Below, piece after piece: positions 25,409-38,343 of a stretch of 64,000 nt of DNA (positions within the stretch are counted from its first letter, which is position 1; each line of letters opens with the position of its first letter). The position numbers and the translations under genes were made by a program. The DNA is taken from positions 496,001 through 560,000 of the forward strand of contig JAXLNO010000627.1 of the NCBI GenBank assembly GCA_038087875.1, written 5' to 3'. Source of the stretch: Malacoraja senta (Eukaryota). The notes under the pieces were generated by a model. The model had not been told where the DNA came from, made no database searches, and saw only the letters and a list, made by a program, of their open reading frames with translations.

Positions 25409-28400
25409 TTTTTTTTTTATTTTTTTATTTTTTTTTTTATTTTTTAGAAGTACGGTAGATTACAGTAATGTACAACACGTATATATTAATACATTTTTTG
25501 TACCGCTTCATTTTTTTAAACTTTAAGAAAGAAAAAGAAAGAAGTAAGAAAAGTGAAGAAAGTGCGCAAAGGTTGTGAAGTGCAAAAGAGTGTTGGGAAA
25601 AGAAAGCCCCTTAGAGAAGAGGTTAGAGAAGGAAGTAAAGTTAGAAAATAGACCCTAGAAAAAAAAAGAGAAAGAAAGAAGGAACAATCGCTCTATTATA
25701 ACTCTTATACTATACTTCATAGAGAAGGAACTACCAACCAAGTCTGTTTTTATTTTACCTCCCATTACCAGGTCCAGATACCTTTTATTTATTTATTTGT
25801 TTTTCTAAATTACTATTGCACCTCATGCTTGTAATAGGTCCAAAAACGTAGACCACGTCTTTTGAAATTGATCTACTTTACCTACTAGGAGGAATCTCAT
25901 CTCTTCCAGATGTAATGTTTCCAACATATTTGATGTCCACATTTTTATTGTTGGTGTGGGCGCATTTTTCCAGAATTTAAGTATAAGCTTTTTTCCCATT
26001 ATTAGCCCATAATTGAGTAAATTCTTCTGATACACGTTTAATTCAGGAATACCTTCCGATATTCCAAAAATAATCCATTCTGGTTTTGGTACCAGTTTTA
26101 TTTTGATTAATTTTGAAAAAATATCAAATATTTCAAACCAGAATTTTTGGATTTTTGTACAAAAAACAAAAGAATGTGCTATGGTAGCTTCTTGACATAT
26201 ACATTTATCACAGATTGATGAGACGTTAGGAAAGATTTTATTTAGTTTGGTTTTTGAATAATATAATCTATGTAATGTTTTAAATTGGATAAGCGTATGT
26301 CGTACGTTGATCGAGCATTTATGCACCTGTAATAAATGATTATCCCAACTTTCTTTTGAAATTTTTATACCTAGATCTTGTTCCCAATCTCTTCTAATTC
26401 CATCTGTTGTGGGTATTTCTATATTTAAGATGATATTATATAAGTATGATATTAAATTAACTGATTCCGCCTTTGTCTTCATTGCTTCATCTAGTAAGTC
26501 GGAAGGCATATTATAATAATCTTTTGTGTGTGTTTTCAAATAGTCACAGATTTGTATATATTTAAAATATTGATTATTTTTCAAATTATATTTCAGTTGT
26601 AGTTGTTGGAATGATAGTAATTTTTCTAATTCATACAGATCTTCGAGCGTTTTAATTCCCATTCTTTCCCATTGTATAAATGCTTTATCTATGATTGAAG
26701 GTTTAAACGATGGGTTATTGACTATTGGTATTAAGAGAGATAGGTTTCTTAATTTTAGATTCTGTTTTATTTGCTTCCATGTTCTAATAGTGCTATATAT
26801 AATTGGATTTTTATTATAATTTTTATTATTCAAATTTATTGGAGAGAGAATAATCGCTCCTATATTATTCGGGGAGCAATCCCCTTTTTCCATTATAATC
26901 CAGTCCACCTGCTGGGCAGAATTGTCCAGCAGGTGAATCATATTTTTAATATTTACTGCCCAGTTATAATACATAAAGTTAGGGAGCGCTAGACCCCCCA
27001 ACTCTTTTCGTTTGTTAAGGTGTGTTCTTTGTATTCTGTGGGATTTGTAATCCCATATAAAATTTGTAATGTCTGAGTCCAGTTTTTTGAAAAACTTTTT
27101 TGGGAGATATATAGGTATTGATTGAAATAGGTAAAGGATTTGTGGTAAGAAAATCATTTTTATAGCATTTATCCTACCTATTAAGGACATCGGAAGTGTT
27201 TTCCAAAATTTAATCAGATTATTTAATTTCTTAAGTAGGGGATTATAATTAGCTTTAAACATATCATGGTAATTTCTAGTAATCTCAATTCCTAAATATT
27301 TGAATTTTTCCATAGCTATTTTAAAAGGGAATTTCCTGAGATGTGTTGAGTCTTTTGGTTTAATCGACATAATTTCACTTTTGTTCCAATTTATTCTATA
27401 TCCTGAAAAGGATCCAAAGTCCTCAATTAAGTTTAATATATTTGGTATACTAATTTGTGGTTTTGTGATGTACAGTAGTACATCATCAGCATATAGGGAT
27501 AGTTTGTTGTTTGAATATTTTGTGTTATAACCGTGAATATTCGAGTGTGTTCTTATTTTTTCAGCAAGGGGTTCAATTACCAAAGCAAATAACAGCGGTG
27601 ATAGTGAACATCCTTGTCTGTTGCCCCTAGATAATTCGAATTTTGAAGATAATATATTATTAGTTAGTATTCTAGCCGTAGGTTTGTTATATAGTAGTTT
27701 TATCCATGCAATAAAGTTTTCTCCCAATTGGAATTTTTGCAATACTTTGATCATATAGTCCCATTCTACTTGATCAAACGCTTTTTCTGCGTCCAGTGAG
27801 ATGATAGCTAACTCTTCGTCATAAGATTTATATGAATGCATTATGTTAAGCAAACGTCTCAAATTATTAAATGAGTGTCTCTTAGGTATAAATCCTGTTT
27901 GATCCTCATGTATTAGTCTACTAACATACTTGCTTAATCTATTGGCTAATGTTTTTGCTATTATTTTCTGATCCGTATTTAACAAAGCAATAGCTCTATA
28001 TGATCCTGGTTCTTCTATATTTTTATCTTTTTTAAGTATTAATATGATCGTTGATTCCGCTAGTGTTTCAGGTAGGTTTTGCTCTTTATAAGCATATGTA
28101 TACATTTTTTGTAATCGTGGAGTAACTATATCATAAAAAGATTTATAAAATTCATTACTGAATCCGTCTGGTCCTGGTGATTTTCCATTTTTTAGTGTTT
28201 TTATTGTGTCTTCTATCTCCTTAGAAGTAATTTGTGCTCCCAGTTCCTCTTGTTCCCTGCGTTCTAATTGTGGTAGATTACAATTATCTAAAAATTCTGA
28301 GATTTTATTATTGTCTATTGACGTTTTAGATGTGTATAGATTCTGGTAAAATTGAGCAAATCTTTTATTAATATCCTTGGGTAGTGTTAATACTTCCCCT

Positions 28401-30035
28401 CTATCTGATTTAATCTTTAATATTGCATTCTCTTTTTCCCGTTTTTTAAGTTGTCGTGCTAGAAGTTTGTGGGGTTTGTCCCCGAATTCGAAGTGTTCTT
28501 GTTTTGTGATTTGAAATAATGTTATAACTTTCTCTGACAGTAATTTATTTAACTGAAATTTCAGTAGTAGTATTTTATTATGTTTATCCATAGTTGGGTC
28601 TTTAGCATTATCTATATCTAACTGTTTTATTTGATCTTCTAAGTGTCTTTGTTCATTCTTATTCTTTTTATTTTGATAGGCTTGAAATGAAATAATGACT
28701 CCTCTTATAAATGCTTTGAAGGATTCCCATAATAGCGTGGGGGATATCTCTGGTGTATCATTTAACTCAAAAAATAGATCCATCTGTTTTTTTAGATAGA
28801 TACTCCCTTGAGGGTCTTTTAAAATTTGTGAGTTAAACCTCCAGAACGGTTTATTCATAGACATTCCTTCTAGTTTTAGAACAAAAGTTAACGGAGAATG
28901 ATCTGAGATCGCATTAATATGATATTTAGGATTCAGAGATTGCGAAATTAATTTTGTATCCACTAGAAAATAGTCTATCCGTGAATATGTTTTATGCACC
29001 ATTGAATAAAACGAGTAATCCCTTCCCGTCGGGTTTGCAATCCTCCATACATCTGTTATATTTGTGTTTTCCATATATGTGTGTAAGAGTTCACTGGTTT
29101 TAGATTTCGTCTGACCTTTTTGTTTTTGCATCGATTTATCTAAATAAGGATTTAAAACACAATTAAAATCTCCTCCGATTATAACATTTTGATAATTAGA
29201 TTCTGCAATTATATTCAGAATTTTATTAAAAAATTGAGGGTTATCAAAGTTGGGCGCATATATATTTACCAGCGTAATTGGCATGTTATTGATCTCCCCT
29301 GCTACTATAAGATATCTCCCTTCCTTATCTAAAATAGTGTTCTTTGATTTAAATGGAATTCCTTTACGAATAATAATTGCAGTACCTCTAGATTTGGAGG
29401 TAAATGAAGAGTGAAATGTTTGGCCTATCCAGTTCGCCCTCAGTCTTGTCTGATCTTGCTGTTTAAGATGTGTTTCCTGTAGAAACGCTATGTCCGTGTT
29501 GTATGATTTCAACTGAGCTAGTATCTTGCCCCTTTTAATAGGTTCATTAATCCCCCTTATATTCCAACTACATAATGTGATTCCTCCTATTTTCTTTTGA
29601 TTGTCGTCATGCATTTTTACCAATTTTAATGACCTTAATTATTGTGGTGCGTTCATACCTCCGGACTCTGGTTATTTTGGGAGTATTTCTATTATAGACT
29701 TCCTTGGTAGTTCTCCTGCGCGATTGTCCTTGAAGAAAAAACACACAGATGTGACATATTGTGATTAAAAAAAATATATATAAATCAAATAAATTTACGG
29801 TGTCTAAAATTTCAACACCGTAGTGAGTGGCCCACTCGTCTGTGGGGTACGACATCCATAACGCTTCCGGCGTAGTTGGTATAAAGTTAGCCCCGCTGTA
29901 TTTATTACCCAAAATCTATGGGGTCATTACCGTTTCCAATTCAGTTCTATTTCACCCAGTTACAATTTATATATATGTCAAATGTATTCGATTCCATATC
30001 CTACTCACTCTTTATCTCTTAACTATTTTAACTAT
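25409..30035 (-). mobile_element. L1 LINE, 5'-truncated in the inter-ORF spacer, with poly(A) tail
   Basis: T-rich tract at 25409-25445, 3' UTR, full ORF2, and flanking identical 189-bp repeats. Confidence 0.95.
25823..29614 (-). CDS. Intact L1 ORF2 (APE endonuclease, RT, CCHC), ~1263 aa from the first ATG
   Basis: Uninterrupted frame containing SWNIRG, FLQETH, GGDFN, SDH, SLDAEKAFD, QGCSLSP, YADD, FKYLG and CDKC..H..C. Confidence 0.95.
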   Translation of the reverse strand: MHDDNQKKIGGITLCSWNIRGINEPIKRGKILAQLKSYNTDIAFLQETHLKQQDQTRLRANWIGQTFHSSFTSKSRGTAIIIRKGIPFKSKNTILDKEGRYLIVAGEINNMPITLVNIYAPNFDNPQFFNKILNIIAESNYQNVIIGGDFNCVLNPYLDKSMQKQKGQTKSKTSELLHTYMENTNITDVWRIANPTGRDYSFYSMVHKTYSRIDYFLVDTKLISQSLNPKYHINAISDHSPLTFVLKLEGMSMNKPFWRFNSQILKDPQGSIYLKKQMDLFFELNDTPEISPTLLWESFKAFIRGVIISFQAYQNKKNKNEQRHLEDQIKQLDIDNAKDPTMDKHNKILLLKFQLNKLLSEKVITLFQITKQEHFEFGDKPHKLLARQLKKREKENAILKIKSDRGEVLTLPKDINKRFAQFYQNLYTSKTSIDNNKISEFLDNCNLPQLERREQEELGAQITSKEIEDTIKTLKNGKSPGPDGFSNEFYKSFYDIVTPRLQKMYTYAYKEQNLPETLAESTIILILKKDKNIEEPGSYRAIALLNTDQKIIAKTLANRLSKYVSRLIHEDQTGFIPKRHSFNNLRRLLNIMHSYKSYDEELAIISLDAEKAFDQVEWDYMIKVLQKFQLGENFIAWIKLLYNKPTARILTNNILSSKFELSRGNRQGCSLSPLLFALVIEPLAEKIRTHSNIHGYNTKYSNNKLSLYADDVLLYITKPQISIPNILNLIEDFGSFSGYRINWNKSEIMSIKPKDSTHLRKFPFKIAMEKFKYLGIEITRNYHDMFKANYNPLLKKLNNLIKFWKTLPMSLIGRINAIKMIFLPQILYLFQSIPIYLPKKFFKKLDSDITNFIWDYKSHRIQRTHLNKRKELGGLALPNFMYYNWAVNIKNMIHLLDNSAQQVDWIIMEKGDCSPNNIGAIILSPINLNNKNYNKNPIIYSTIRTWKQIKQNLKLRNLSLLIPIVNNPSFKPSIIDKAFIQWERMGIKTLEDLYELEKLLSFQQLQLKYNLKNNQYFKYIQICDYLKTHTKDYYNMPSDLLDEAMKTKAESVNLISYLYNIILNIEIPTTDGIRRDWEQDLGIKISKESWDNHLLQVHKCSINVRHTLIQFKTLHRLYYSKTKLNKIFPNVSSICDKCICQEATIAHSFVFCTKIQKFWFEIFDIFSKLIKIKLVPKPEWIIFGISEGIPELNVYQKNLLNYGLIMGKKLILKFWKNAPTPTIKMWTSNMLETLHLEEMRFLLVGKVDQFQKTWSTFLDLLQA

Positions 30036-30224
30036 CCACATAAGAGATTAGTACACAAACGTAAAGCACACGGTATTGGGGGTTCAGTATTGATGTGGAT
30101 AGAGAACTGGCTGGCAAACAGGAAGCAAAGAGTAGGAGTAAATGGGTCCTTTTCAGAATGGCAGGCAGTGACTAGTGGGGTACCGCAAGGCTCAGTGCTG
30201 GGACCCCAGCTATTTACAATATAT
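30036..30224 (+). repeat. 189-bp direct repeat, copy 2
   Basis: Identical by eye to 25220-25408. Confidence 0.93.
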
Positions 30225-32264
30225 ATATTAATGATTTGAACGAGGGAATTGAATGCAACATCTCCAAGTTTGTGGATGACACGAAGCTGGGGGCAGTGTT
30301 AGCTGTGAGGAGGATGCTAGGAGGCTGCAATGTGACTTGGATAGGCTGGGTGAGTGGGTAAAATGCATGGCAGATGCAGTATAATGTGGATAAATGTGAG
30401 GTTATCCACTTTGGTGGCAAAAACAGGAAAGTAGACTATTATCTGAATGGTGGCCGATTAGGAAAAGGGGAGACGCAACAAGACCTGGATGTCATGGTAC
30501 ACCAGTCATTGAAAGTAGGCATGTAGGTGCAGCATGCAGTGAAGAAAGCGAATGGTATGTTAGCATTCATAGCAAAAGGATTTGAGTATAGGAGCAGGGA
30601 GGTTCTACTGCAGTTGTACAGGGTCTTGGTGAGACCACACCTGGAGTATTGCGTACAGTTTTGGTATCCAAATCTGAGGAAAGACATTCTTGCCATAGAG
30701 GGAGTACAGAGAAGGTTCACCAGACTGATTCCTGGGATGTCAGGATTTTCATATGAAGACTGGATAGACTCGGCTTGTACTTGCTAGAATTTAGAAGATT
30801 GAGGGGGGATCTTATAGAAACTTACAAAATTCTTAAGGGGTTGGACAGACTAGATGCAGGAAGATTGTTCCCAATGTTGGGGAAGTCCAGAACAAGGGGT
30901 CACAGTTTAAGGATAAGGGGGAAATCTTTTGGGACCGAGATGAGAAAAACATTTTTCACACAGAAAGTGGTGAATCTGTGGAATTCTCTGCCACAGAGGG
31001 TAGTTGAGGCCAGTTCATTGGCTATATTTAAGAGGGAGTTAGATGTGGCCCTTGTTGCTAAAGGGATCAGGGGGTATGGAGAGAAGGCAGGTACAGGATA
31101 CGGAGTTGGATGATCAGCCATGATCATATTGAATGGCGGTGCAGGCTCGAAGGACTGAATGGCCTACTCCTGCACCTATTTTCTATGTTTCTATGTTTCT
31201 ATGAAGGCGGTATCACCACCAGAGTCGCTGACAGTGCAGTGAGCAGCCCCCAGACCACAGTGGTCCCCAGGTCATGGGGTAAAACCACCAATCAATCGGT
31301 CAGCTCTATGGACTCGGACGAGTTGGGCCGGGAGGGTTCCCCTCCGGTAATGCATTATATATTTGGAAGGTTGTCCAGGATGGAGCTCCTAATGGACAGG
31401 ATGCTCCACCTAGATACGCTCGAACAGCAGGAGTTGTGTCAGCGCTGGCCTATGGGAGAGCCCGCGCCAGCAGCGCCTGGGACAGGGCTGCTTAATGTCT
31501 CTCTCTTGGGGGAGGAGACCATGCCGGGTCAGTGTAATTCTGACGCCGAGTCTGAGGGTATAGCCGTGGAGCATACCCCAAGGGATGAAGGGCACGTGTC
31601 AGAGGTACCATTCCTGGCAGCAATGTTTGCCATCCCAACAGAATCAGGGAAGAAATGTTCCATCCTGGTATAGGTCCATTGGAAGGGCCATATCAGCGCA
31701 TGTATCTTCACGGGCCTGTGTCAGCACCTGTTTCAGGGCTGCCTACGATGCGCCCTCTTTGAGGAGGGGAGTGCGAGTGGTCAGTATGTAACTGACTTCA
31801 GATTCTAAAGTATGTCCGTGGAACATACTGGAGCACATGTGTGCCGGCAGTGAACAGCGCTATCAGGGGGACATTAGAGCCAGCCGCCGAATCTTCTATT
31901 CAGGTAAGACCTGAAAACCTGGAGGACGAAGCAAAAGCTGTCGGACCAATCAAGGTACCAACGACTAGCAAAGTTTCATTGTTTCGGCGACAACGCACCC
32001 CACGTCTTCATCGGCAGGAGCGGTTCACTGAAGCTGGTGGCAGCATGAAAGCTGGGCAGAGGTTCCACGCACCCTACCAGTTCTACTCTACAACTAAGGT
32101 AACCAGGCAGATAGGTAGGTCTGGCACTTCCAAAACATGGGGTAAGTGGACCACTTACAAGTTGGTAATATTTACACTTGGTTGTACAATACACAAATGG
32201 TTAAGACATTGTCATCTACTTAGCGGCATCTAACCATGTAAAACTGGACAATGCCAGCATTCCA

Positions 32265-32510
32265 AGCAGGTTTGGAATTGGGGCCAGAATTGGGTTTTGA
32301 GGGACGCTAAGTATTTTCGCCACAATTGCCTTCGAGACAGGCTCGGAAATATGGGCAGCTCAGAATTATGGCCAGAGTTGTCTTTAGAGGCAGGTTCAAA
32401 ATTATGAGGTAGGCTCAGTATTATGGCCAGGATTGTCTTTCAAGACAGGCTCGGAAATCAGGCCAGAGTTGTCGTTCTAGGTAGGCACGAAATGGTGGCA
32501 GGCGTGGCCT
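32265..32510. repeat. Degenerate minisatellite inside the DIRS
   Basis: Recurring GGCCAGAGTTGTC and GACAGGCTCGGAAAT sub-units. Confidence 0.6.
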
Positions 32511-35147
32511 GTTCATTATGAAAGATGGAGAATGTCGTTTAACTCGCATGTGCAGTATAAACCTTTCCGAATAGGAAACTTCGTTACTGATTAACAACTG
32601 ATTTCATAGGGTGTTCCCATTTACAGCGATCATCGGAGATATTGGAAATTATCAGGAGGAGGCAATTGCTATGATGAGGCAATGATAACAATATGATAAC
32701 AGTAATGATAAAAGTAAAGCATTGCAAAGTGGACTACTCAGAGTTCAAAAACACTTGTTATGTCTTGAATGGATGATATTTTAATGCTGTATTTTGCTAA
32801 AATCAACTGTTTCAGCCTCAAATATATTTGAGGAATTGGGCTTCTCTAGCCAGTTAAATTTAAGTTGTTACCACATAGACTTGTTGGTCATTGGGATTTA
32901 CCTTTAACTATTAATTAGCCTATGACACCGCCCTGGGGCAAGAGATTGGAGTTAATAGAAACCTGTAACAGTCTTGTTGTTATAAAGCAGCCTTCTATTC
33001 ATCAAGAGTAATTGGCAATCAGTTATTGGTATCAACTATCTATAGACACTAGGTGCATTCTATTGGTTAAAGAGTGATTGAGCGAATATGCATAATCTGC
33101 ATGCTCAACTTCAAGTTGATACACTATGGTGGTGGCATATGTTAGTCACATGGGTGCAATCAATTAAAAGTATCCTGTAATAGTTTACCTAATACATTTG
33201 CCACTGGTGTATCATCAAGTACAGATCAATGACAACACAGAATGGGTGTTGGATCACACAGTATTTATGAAATTCTGGTTCGATGGAACACCAAATATCG
33301 ATATGTTGTTTTCATGCTTATTCACCGGTTGCAAAAATATGTGGCAAAACAGTGGCGAGAGATACATTCTCGCTACAAGGAGGAGGAATGGGCTTTTATG
33401 TCTTCCTCCATTTTGCCTCATCAGTCGGGTCTTCAAATAAAGTCATCAAGATCCCGCTTTAGGTTTTTCCTACTGTCTGACTGGCCTATGCAGCTTTGAT
33501 TCCCGCTTTTGTTGGGAATAATAATACAACCTTATACGGTTATTCTAAACGTAAACTTTGCAGGTTCAGCCTGTGGCTCGGGAAACCAGCCTTTGCATGA
33601 TAACATCAATTTATGACTTGCAGATTCTGACTAGACTGCCCCTACATCTTGGGTTGTCACGCCGATCCATGTATGTGTTCACTCCAGAGTGCTGGGATAG
33701 CACCAAAAAAGCAGTACATTTCCTCTTCTGGAGATGGGAAGCGTTTTGTTTAATGCTAATGTTACATTTAATACGGTACAGATTACTGACGTCTTGGAGT
33801 TCATTTTTAAATCGTCTTTTGACAATAATTGAGTTATAGGGCCATTAACTGTGCCCAACGTGACTTCCCATCATATTTGCTGCAGCAAACGGGACCCACT
33901 CTGTCGGGTTTCACCCCCGGATATCGAGTTTGTAAACAATATCTTTAACACAAGTTCTCCCAGGACAAGTACAAGCAGTATGGGATATTGACATTGTGTT
34001 AACAATACTTCACCAGGGGGGCTCCAGCTACATCCTTAGCTTTGGCCGGCTCTCATAAGGTAGTTATCCTCATGGCACTGGTTTCATCGCAACGGGTTCA
34101 GTCGCTACATAATTGCGACGGGACAGGATGATTACATCTGTAAATAATATATATAATATTTTATGTTTATGATTTAATTAAGCAGAGCAGAAGGGGCGTC
34201 AGGTCTCAAACTAGTTCATCCCAGGGCCCTTCGGTTATGTGAGGGCACACATATACAACAATACGTCAAGGTCACCAAGAGCCTTCGAGGCTCTGAACTA
34301 GCAATGCTTGTTAGTTACAAAAAACTTTATAAGAAGGTATCCGTTCAGACCATCTGCAGGTGATAAAACGGAGTTTGATTTATGCTGGAGTATATACTGA
34401 TTTCCAAATCTCACTCCACCAGGGCTGCTACAACATCAGCAGCAAGGGTTATTTACGTTCCGCCGGACCACATCCTAACGGCTGCAGCATGGTCAAACGA
34501 ACAAACTTTCCAAACATTTTATAATAACCCATTGCCAGGCAAGGGGTATTTGCCAACTCTACTTTAGGTTCTATTTATAGTTTCCATCTGGATGAGAGGA
34601 TTACTATTATTATTACTTCATTAAACAGCATCAGCATGTTTTAAATCTATGTCATGTCTGTATGCATTATGAATGTTTCTCTCATCTGTCAATGAATGTT
34701 TCCCTCATCTGTCACGTGACTCCGAAGTAAAATAGTAAGATTAAACGAGAACTTACCAGTTTGAAGTTTGATCTTTATTTTTTGAGGCGTTACGATGAGC
34801 AATTACGTGCCCACCGCTCCCAACCCTCTTTCATAAAGATCACTCGGTAGTTCTAGTCTTCTCTAAGTCTTACTATGTTACCGACTACTGTTATCTGTGA
34901 TTTCACACCGCAGCTTTGAAGATTGACGCGCATGCGGACTGGTGGGGCTTCTTCCCGTAATCGCTCATCGTAACTCCTCATAAAATAAAGATCAAACTTC
35001 AAACTGGTAAGTTCTCGTTTAATCTTACTGTTCTTACATCATTAATGCTGACATTTAATGTGCGTTCCTTACTATCGACTCAAACATCAAATGAACCTTT
35101 TGGGAATCCTGCGTCATCACTTTCGAGTCCATTTGGACCTCCGATTA

Positions 35148-37200
35148 GATCATAAGGTCAAAAGTGATGGGAGCAGAATTAGGCCATTTGGCCCATCAGA
35201 TCAACTCCACCAATCAATCATGGCTGATCTATCTCTCCCTTCTAACCCCATTCTCATGCCTTTCCCCATAACCCTTGACACCCATATTAATCAAGAATCT
35301 ATCCATCTCTGCCTTAAAAATATCCATTGACGTGGTGCCCCCCAGCCTTCTGTGGCAAAGAATTCCAGAGATTCATCACTCTCTGATTGAAGAAATTCCT
35401 CCGCATCTCCTTCCTAAAGGAACATCCATTAACACTGAGACTATGACCTCTGGTGCTGGACTCTCCTACGAGTGAAAACATCCTCTCCACATCAACTCTA
35501 TCCTGGCCTTTCACTATTCTGTAAGTTTCAATGAGGTCACTCCTCATCCAGCGAGTACAGGCCCAGTGCTCATCATATGTTAACCCACTCATTCCTGGGA
35601 TTATTCTTGTAAACTTCCTCTGGACCCTCTCCAGAACCAGCGCATCCTTCCATATTGGACATATGGTGTCCAAAACTGCTCACAATAATCCTGACTGGCC
35701 TGACCAGCGCCTTATAGAACCTCAGCATTACATCCCTGTTTTTTGTATTCTAGCCCTCTTGAAATTGTCTATATTTAGAAAATAGTCAATGCCTTTATTT
35801 CTTCTACCAAAGTGCATGACTGTACACTTTGCTTGGATGTCTTGCATTTACCATTTTTTGCCCACTCTCCCAACCTGTCTAAGTCCTTCTGCGAAGTCAC
35901 TGCTTCTTCAACACGACAAGCCCCTTTGCCTATCTTGGTATCATCCAGAAACCTGGCCACAAACCCATCAATTCTATCATTCAGATCATTAGCATATAAC
36001 ATGAAAAGTAGCGGACCCAACACTGGCCCTTGGAAACACCACTAGTCACCTGCAGCCAAGCAGAAACATTGAAACTTAGAAACATAGAAAAAAGGTGCAG
36101 GAGTAGGCCATTCGGCCCTTCATGCCAGCACCGCCATTCAAAATGTTCAGGGCTGATCATCCAAAATCAGTACCCCGTTCCTGCGTTCTCCCCAGATCCC
36201 TTGATTCCGTTATCCCTAAGAAATATTTCTAACTCTCTCTTGAAAAAAATCAGTGAATTGGCCTCCACTGCCCTCCACAGATTCACAACTCTCTGGGTGA
36301 AAAGGTTTTTCCTCATTTCATTCTTAAATGGCCTTTAACACGTTCTTTAACTGTGACCACTGGCTCTGGACTCCCCCAACATCAGGAACGTTTTTCCTGG
36401 ACCTAGCCTGACCAATCCTTTAAGAATTTTATATGTTTCCATAAGATTCCCTCTCATCCTTCGAAATTACAGTGAATATGAGCCCAGTCGATCACTTTTT
36501 TCATCATATGTCAGTCCCGCCATCCCGGAAATTCACCTGGTGAACCTACGCTGCACTGCAAGAATATCCTTCCTCAAATTAGGTGACCAAAATTGCACAC
36601 AATACTCCAGGTGTGGTCTCACCAGGGTCCTGTATAACTGCAGTAGGATCTCATTGCTCCTATACTCAAATCCTCTCGCTAGGAAGGCCAGCATGTCATT
36701 TGCTTTTTTCACTACCTGCTGTACCTGCATGCTTACTTTGAAATTGCCTCCTTCTTTCCCACTCTTTGCCTTCTGCCAGTCAGCCAACCTTGTCAAAGGC
36801 CTTATGAAAATCCAAGTAAACAATTTTCACTGACTTTCTGTTTGTATCCTGCTTGTTACTTCCTCAAGGAATTCCAACAGATTTGACAGACAAGATCTTC
36901 CCTTATCAAAACCACGCTGACTTCATCCTATTCTATTATGTGCTTCAAAGTACCCCAAAACATCATTATTAAAGGACTTACCAACCGCTGAAGTAATTCT
37001 AAATGGCATATAATTTCCTTTCTTTTGGTTTCCTCCTGTCTTAAACAGTGGAGATTTTTTGTGATTTTCCAGTCCTCGGGAACCATTCCTGACTAGTGAT
37101 TCTTGAAAGATCACTACTGATGCCTGCAAAATCTCTACAGCTACCTCTTTCAGAACTCTAGGCTGTGGTATATCTGGTGCAGGTGACTTATTCACCCTCA
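35148..37200 (-). mobile_element. Two adjacent decayed CR1 copies (3' tails near 35150 and 36065)
   Basis: [39 protein letters not shown] and KSPAPD..PRVLKEVA. Confidence 0.8.
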
Positions 37201-37775
37201 CACCGTCCAGCCACTCCCAGTGAGCAGTGTCCTGGTCACCAGGACGTCAGATCCCTCGGCCATTCCCCAGCAAGTGTTGTCAGCTCAGTGCAGGCATCAC
37301 CTGGATCCCAGGAAGCTGCGGCTGGTCAGCGGCTGCGGCTGGGAGATTTCAGGGAGACGGGTGGTCGCGGAAAATTCAGCTTCTATGTCCGTGCACCCAC
37401 TGACACAGTAAGACCACCGTCCACACACATGCGAGGCTGCAGGATCCTGCAGCATCTACAGAGGTCCTGTGACCATAGATCCGGACACAGGTTCAGATTT
37501 TCACCCAGCAGCCACACGCCCAATGGTATTCAGTTCACTCTTGTAAACAGTAGGTGTTGCTCCTGGGCCTGGCCAAGCTGGCCATCCACGAGTCACGGCG
37601 CCAGGCAGAAGAGGGCTCTGCCCAAGCCGGCTGCCTTCCCCTTTTCCGGGGTTACATCCAAGCTCGGGTGGTACGAGAAAGGGACCATGCGCTTTCCATG
37701 GGTGCCATGGGGGATTTCCGGGACCGCTGGACAACGCACGGGGTAGAATGCATCCTTAATAAGGATGGTGATAAA
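37200..37775 (+). mobile_element. Tx1-type LINE 3' fragment with internal deletions
   Basis: LLLGLAKLAIHESRRQA..LPLFRGYIQARV..ERDHA..GDFRDRW C-terminal motif at 37554-37770. The 5' boundary is uncertain. Confidence 0.6.
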
Positions 37776-38029
37776 GTTAGTCACTCTATACTCATGACTG
37801 CATAGACGGACATAGTGCGATCTCCATCATCAAGTTCGCCGACGACACCACTGTTGTGGGACATATCACTGATGGGGACGAGTCAGGGTATAGAAGTGAG
37901 ATTGACTGATTAACCAAATGGTGCCAGCACAATAACCTGGCTCTCAACACCAGCAACGTCAAGGAACTGATTCGGAAGGGGTAGGAGGGGACCCACAGCC
38001 GTTTATATCAATGGGTCGATGGTGGAAAG

Positions 38030-38239
38030 TGTAAAGACTGTCCAAACACAGGGTGTCTTCACTCTAGTTTATTTCATACATTGTATTCGTATACACACAT
38101 ATTGCCCTAGCTGTTCGTGGTCCGTTACCGGAGCTAGAGGGCGAGCTAGGGGTGGGAAGGTTACATTTATACTGAAGCTAATGGGGAGTGGTTAGTAGAA
38201 GTGAGGTCACCATGTTAAAGGAACATGCACGGCTCTACA
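38030..38239 (-). repeat. 3' LTR
   Basis: 3 mismatches in 210 bp versus 42550-42759. The adjacent PPT AAGGGGAAGGA is at 38240-38250. Confidence 0.96.
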
Positions 38240-38343
38240 TCCTTCCCCTTGAAAAGGGAAACATAGCAATGATGACAGTGAGACCACGACTCATACGCTA
38301 GGCACAAACCCGCGCGTACATCGTCAGGAAAAACTTAAAACAT

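Larger units (their letters stand above)
25140..31203 (+). mobile_element. CR1 LINE, 5'-truncated, split by the L1 insertion
   Basis: LDFQKAFDKVPH..GVPQGSVLGP at 25157-25408, resuming at 30036-31203. (TTCTATGT)n tail. Confidence 0.92.
24754..35032 (+). mobile_element. Second DIRS element of the same family, more decayed, carrying nested CR1 and L1
   Basis: 5' terminus TTTTACTTCGGAGTCACGTGAGTGA. Gag remnant at 31204-32070, pol remnants at ~32520-33560, YR remnant (SHSTRAATTSAAR..TFQTFY) at ~34400-34530. ICR 34711-34809 is inverted relative to the terminus ~34955-35030. Confidence 0.88.
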
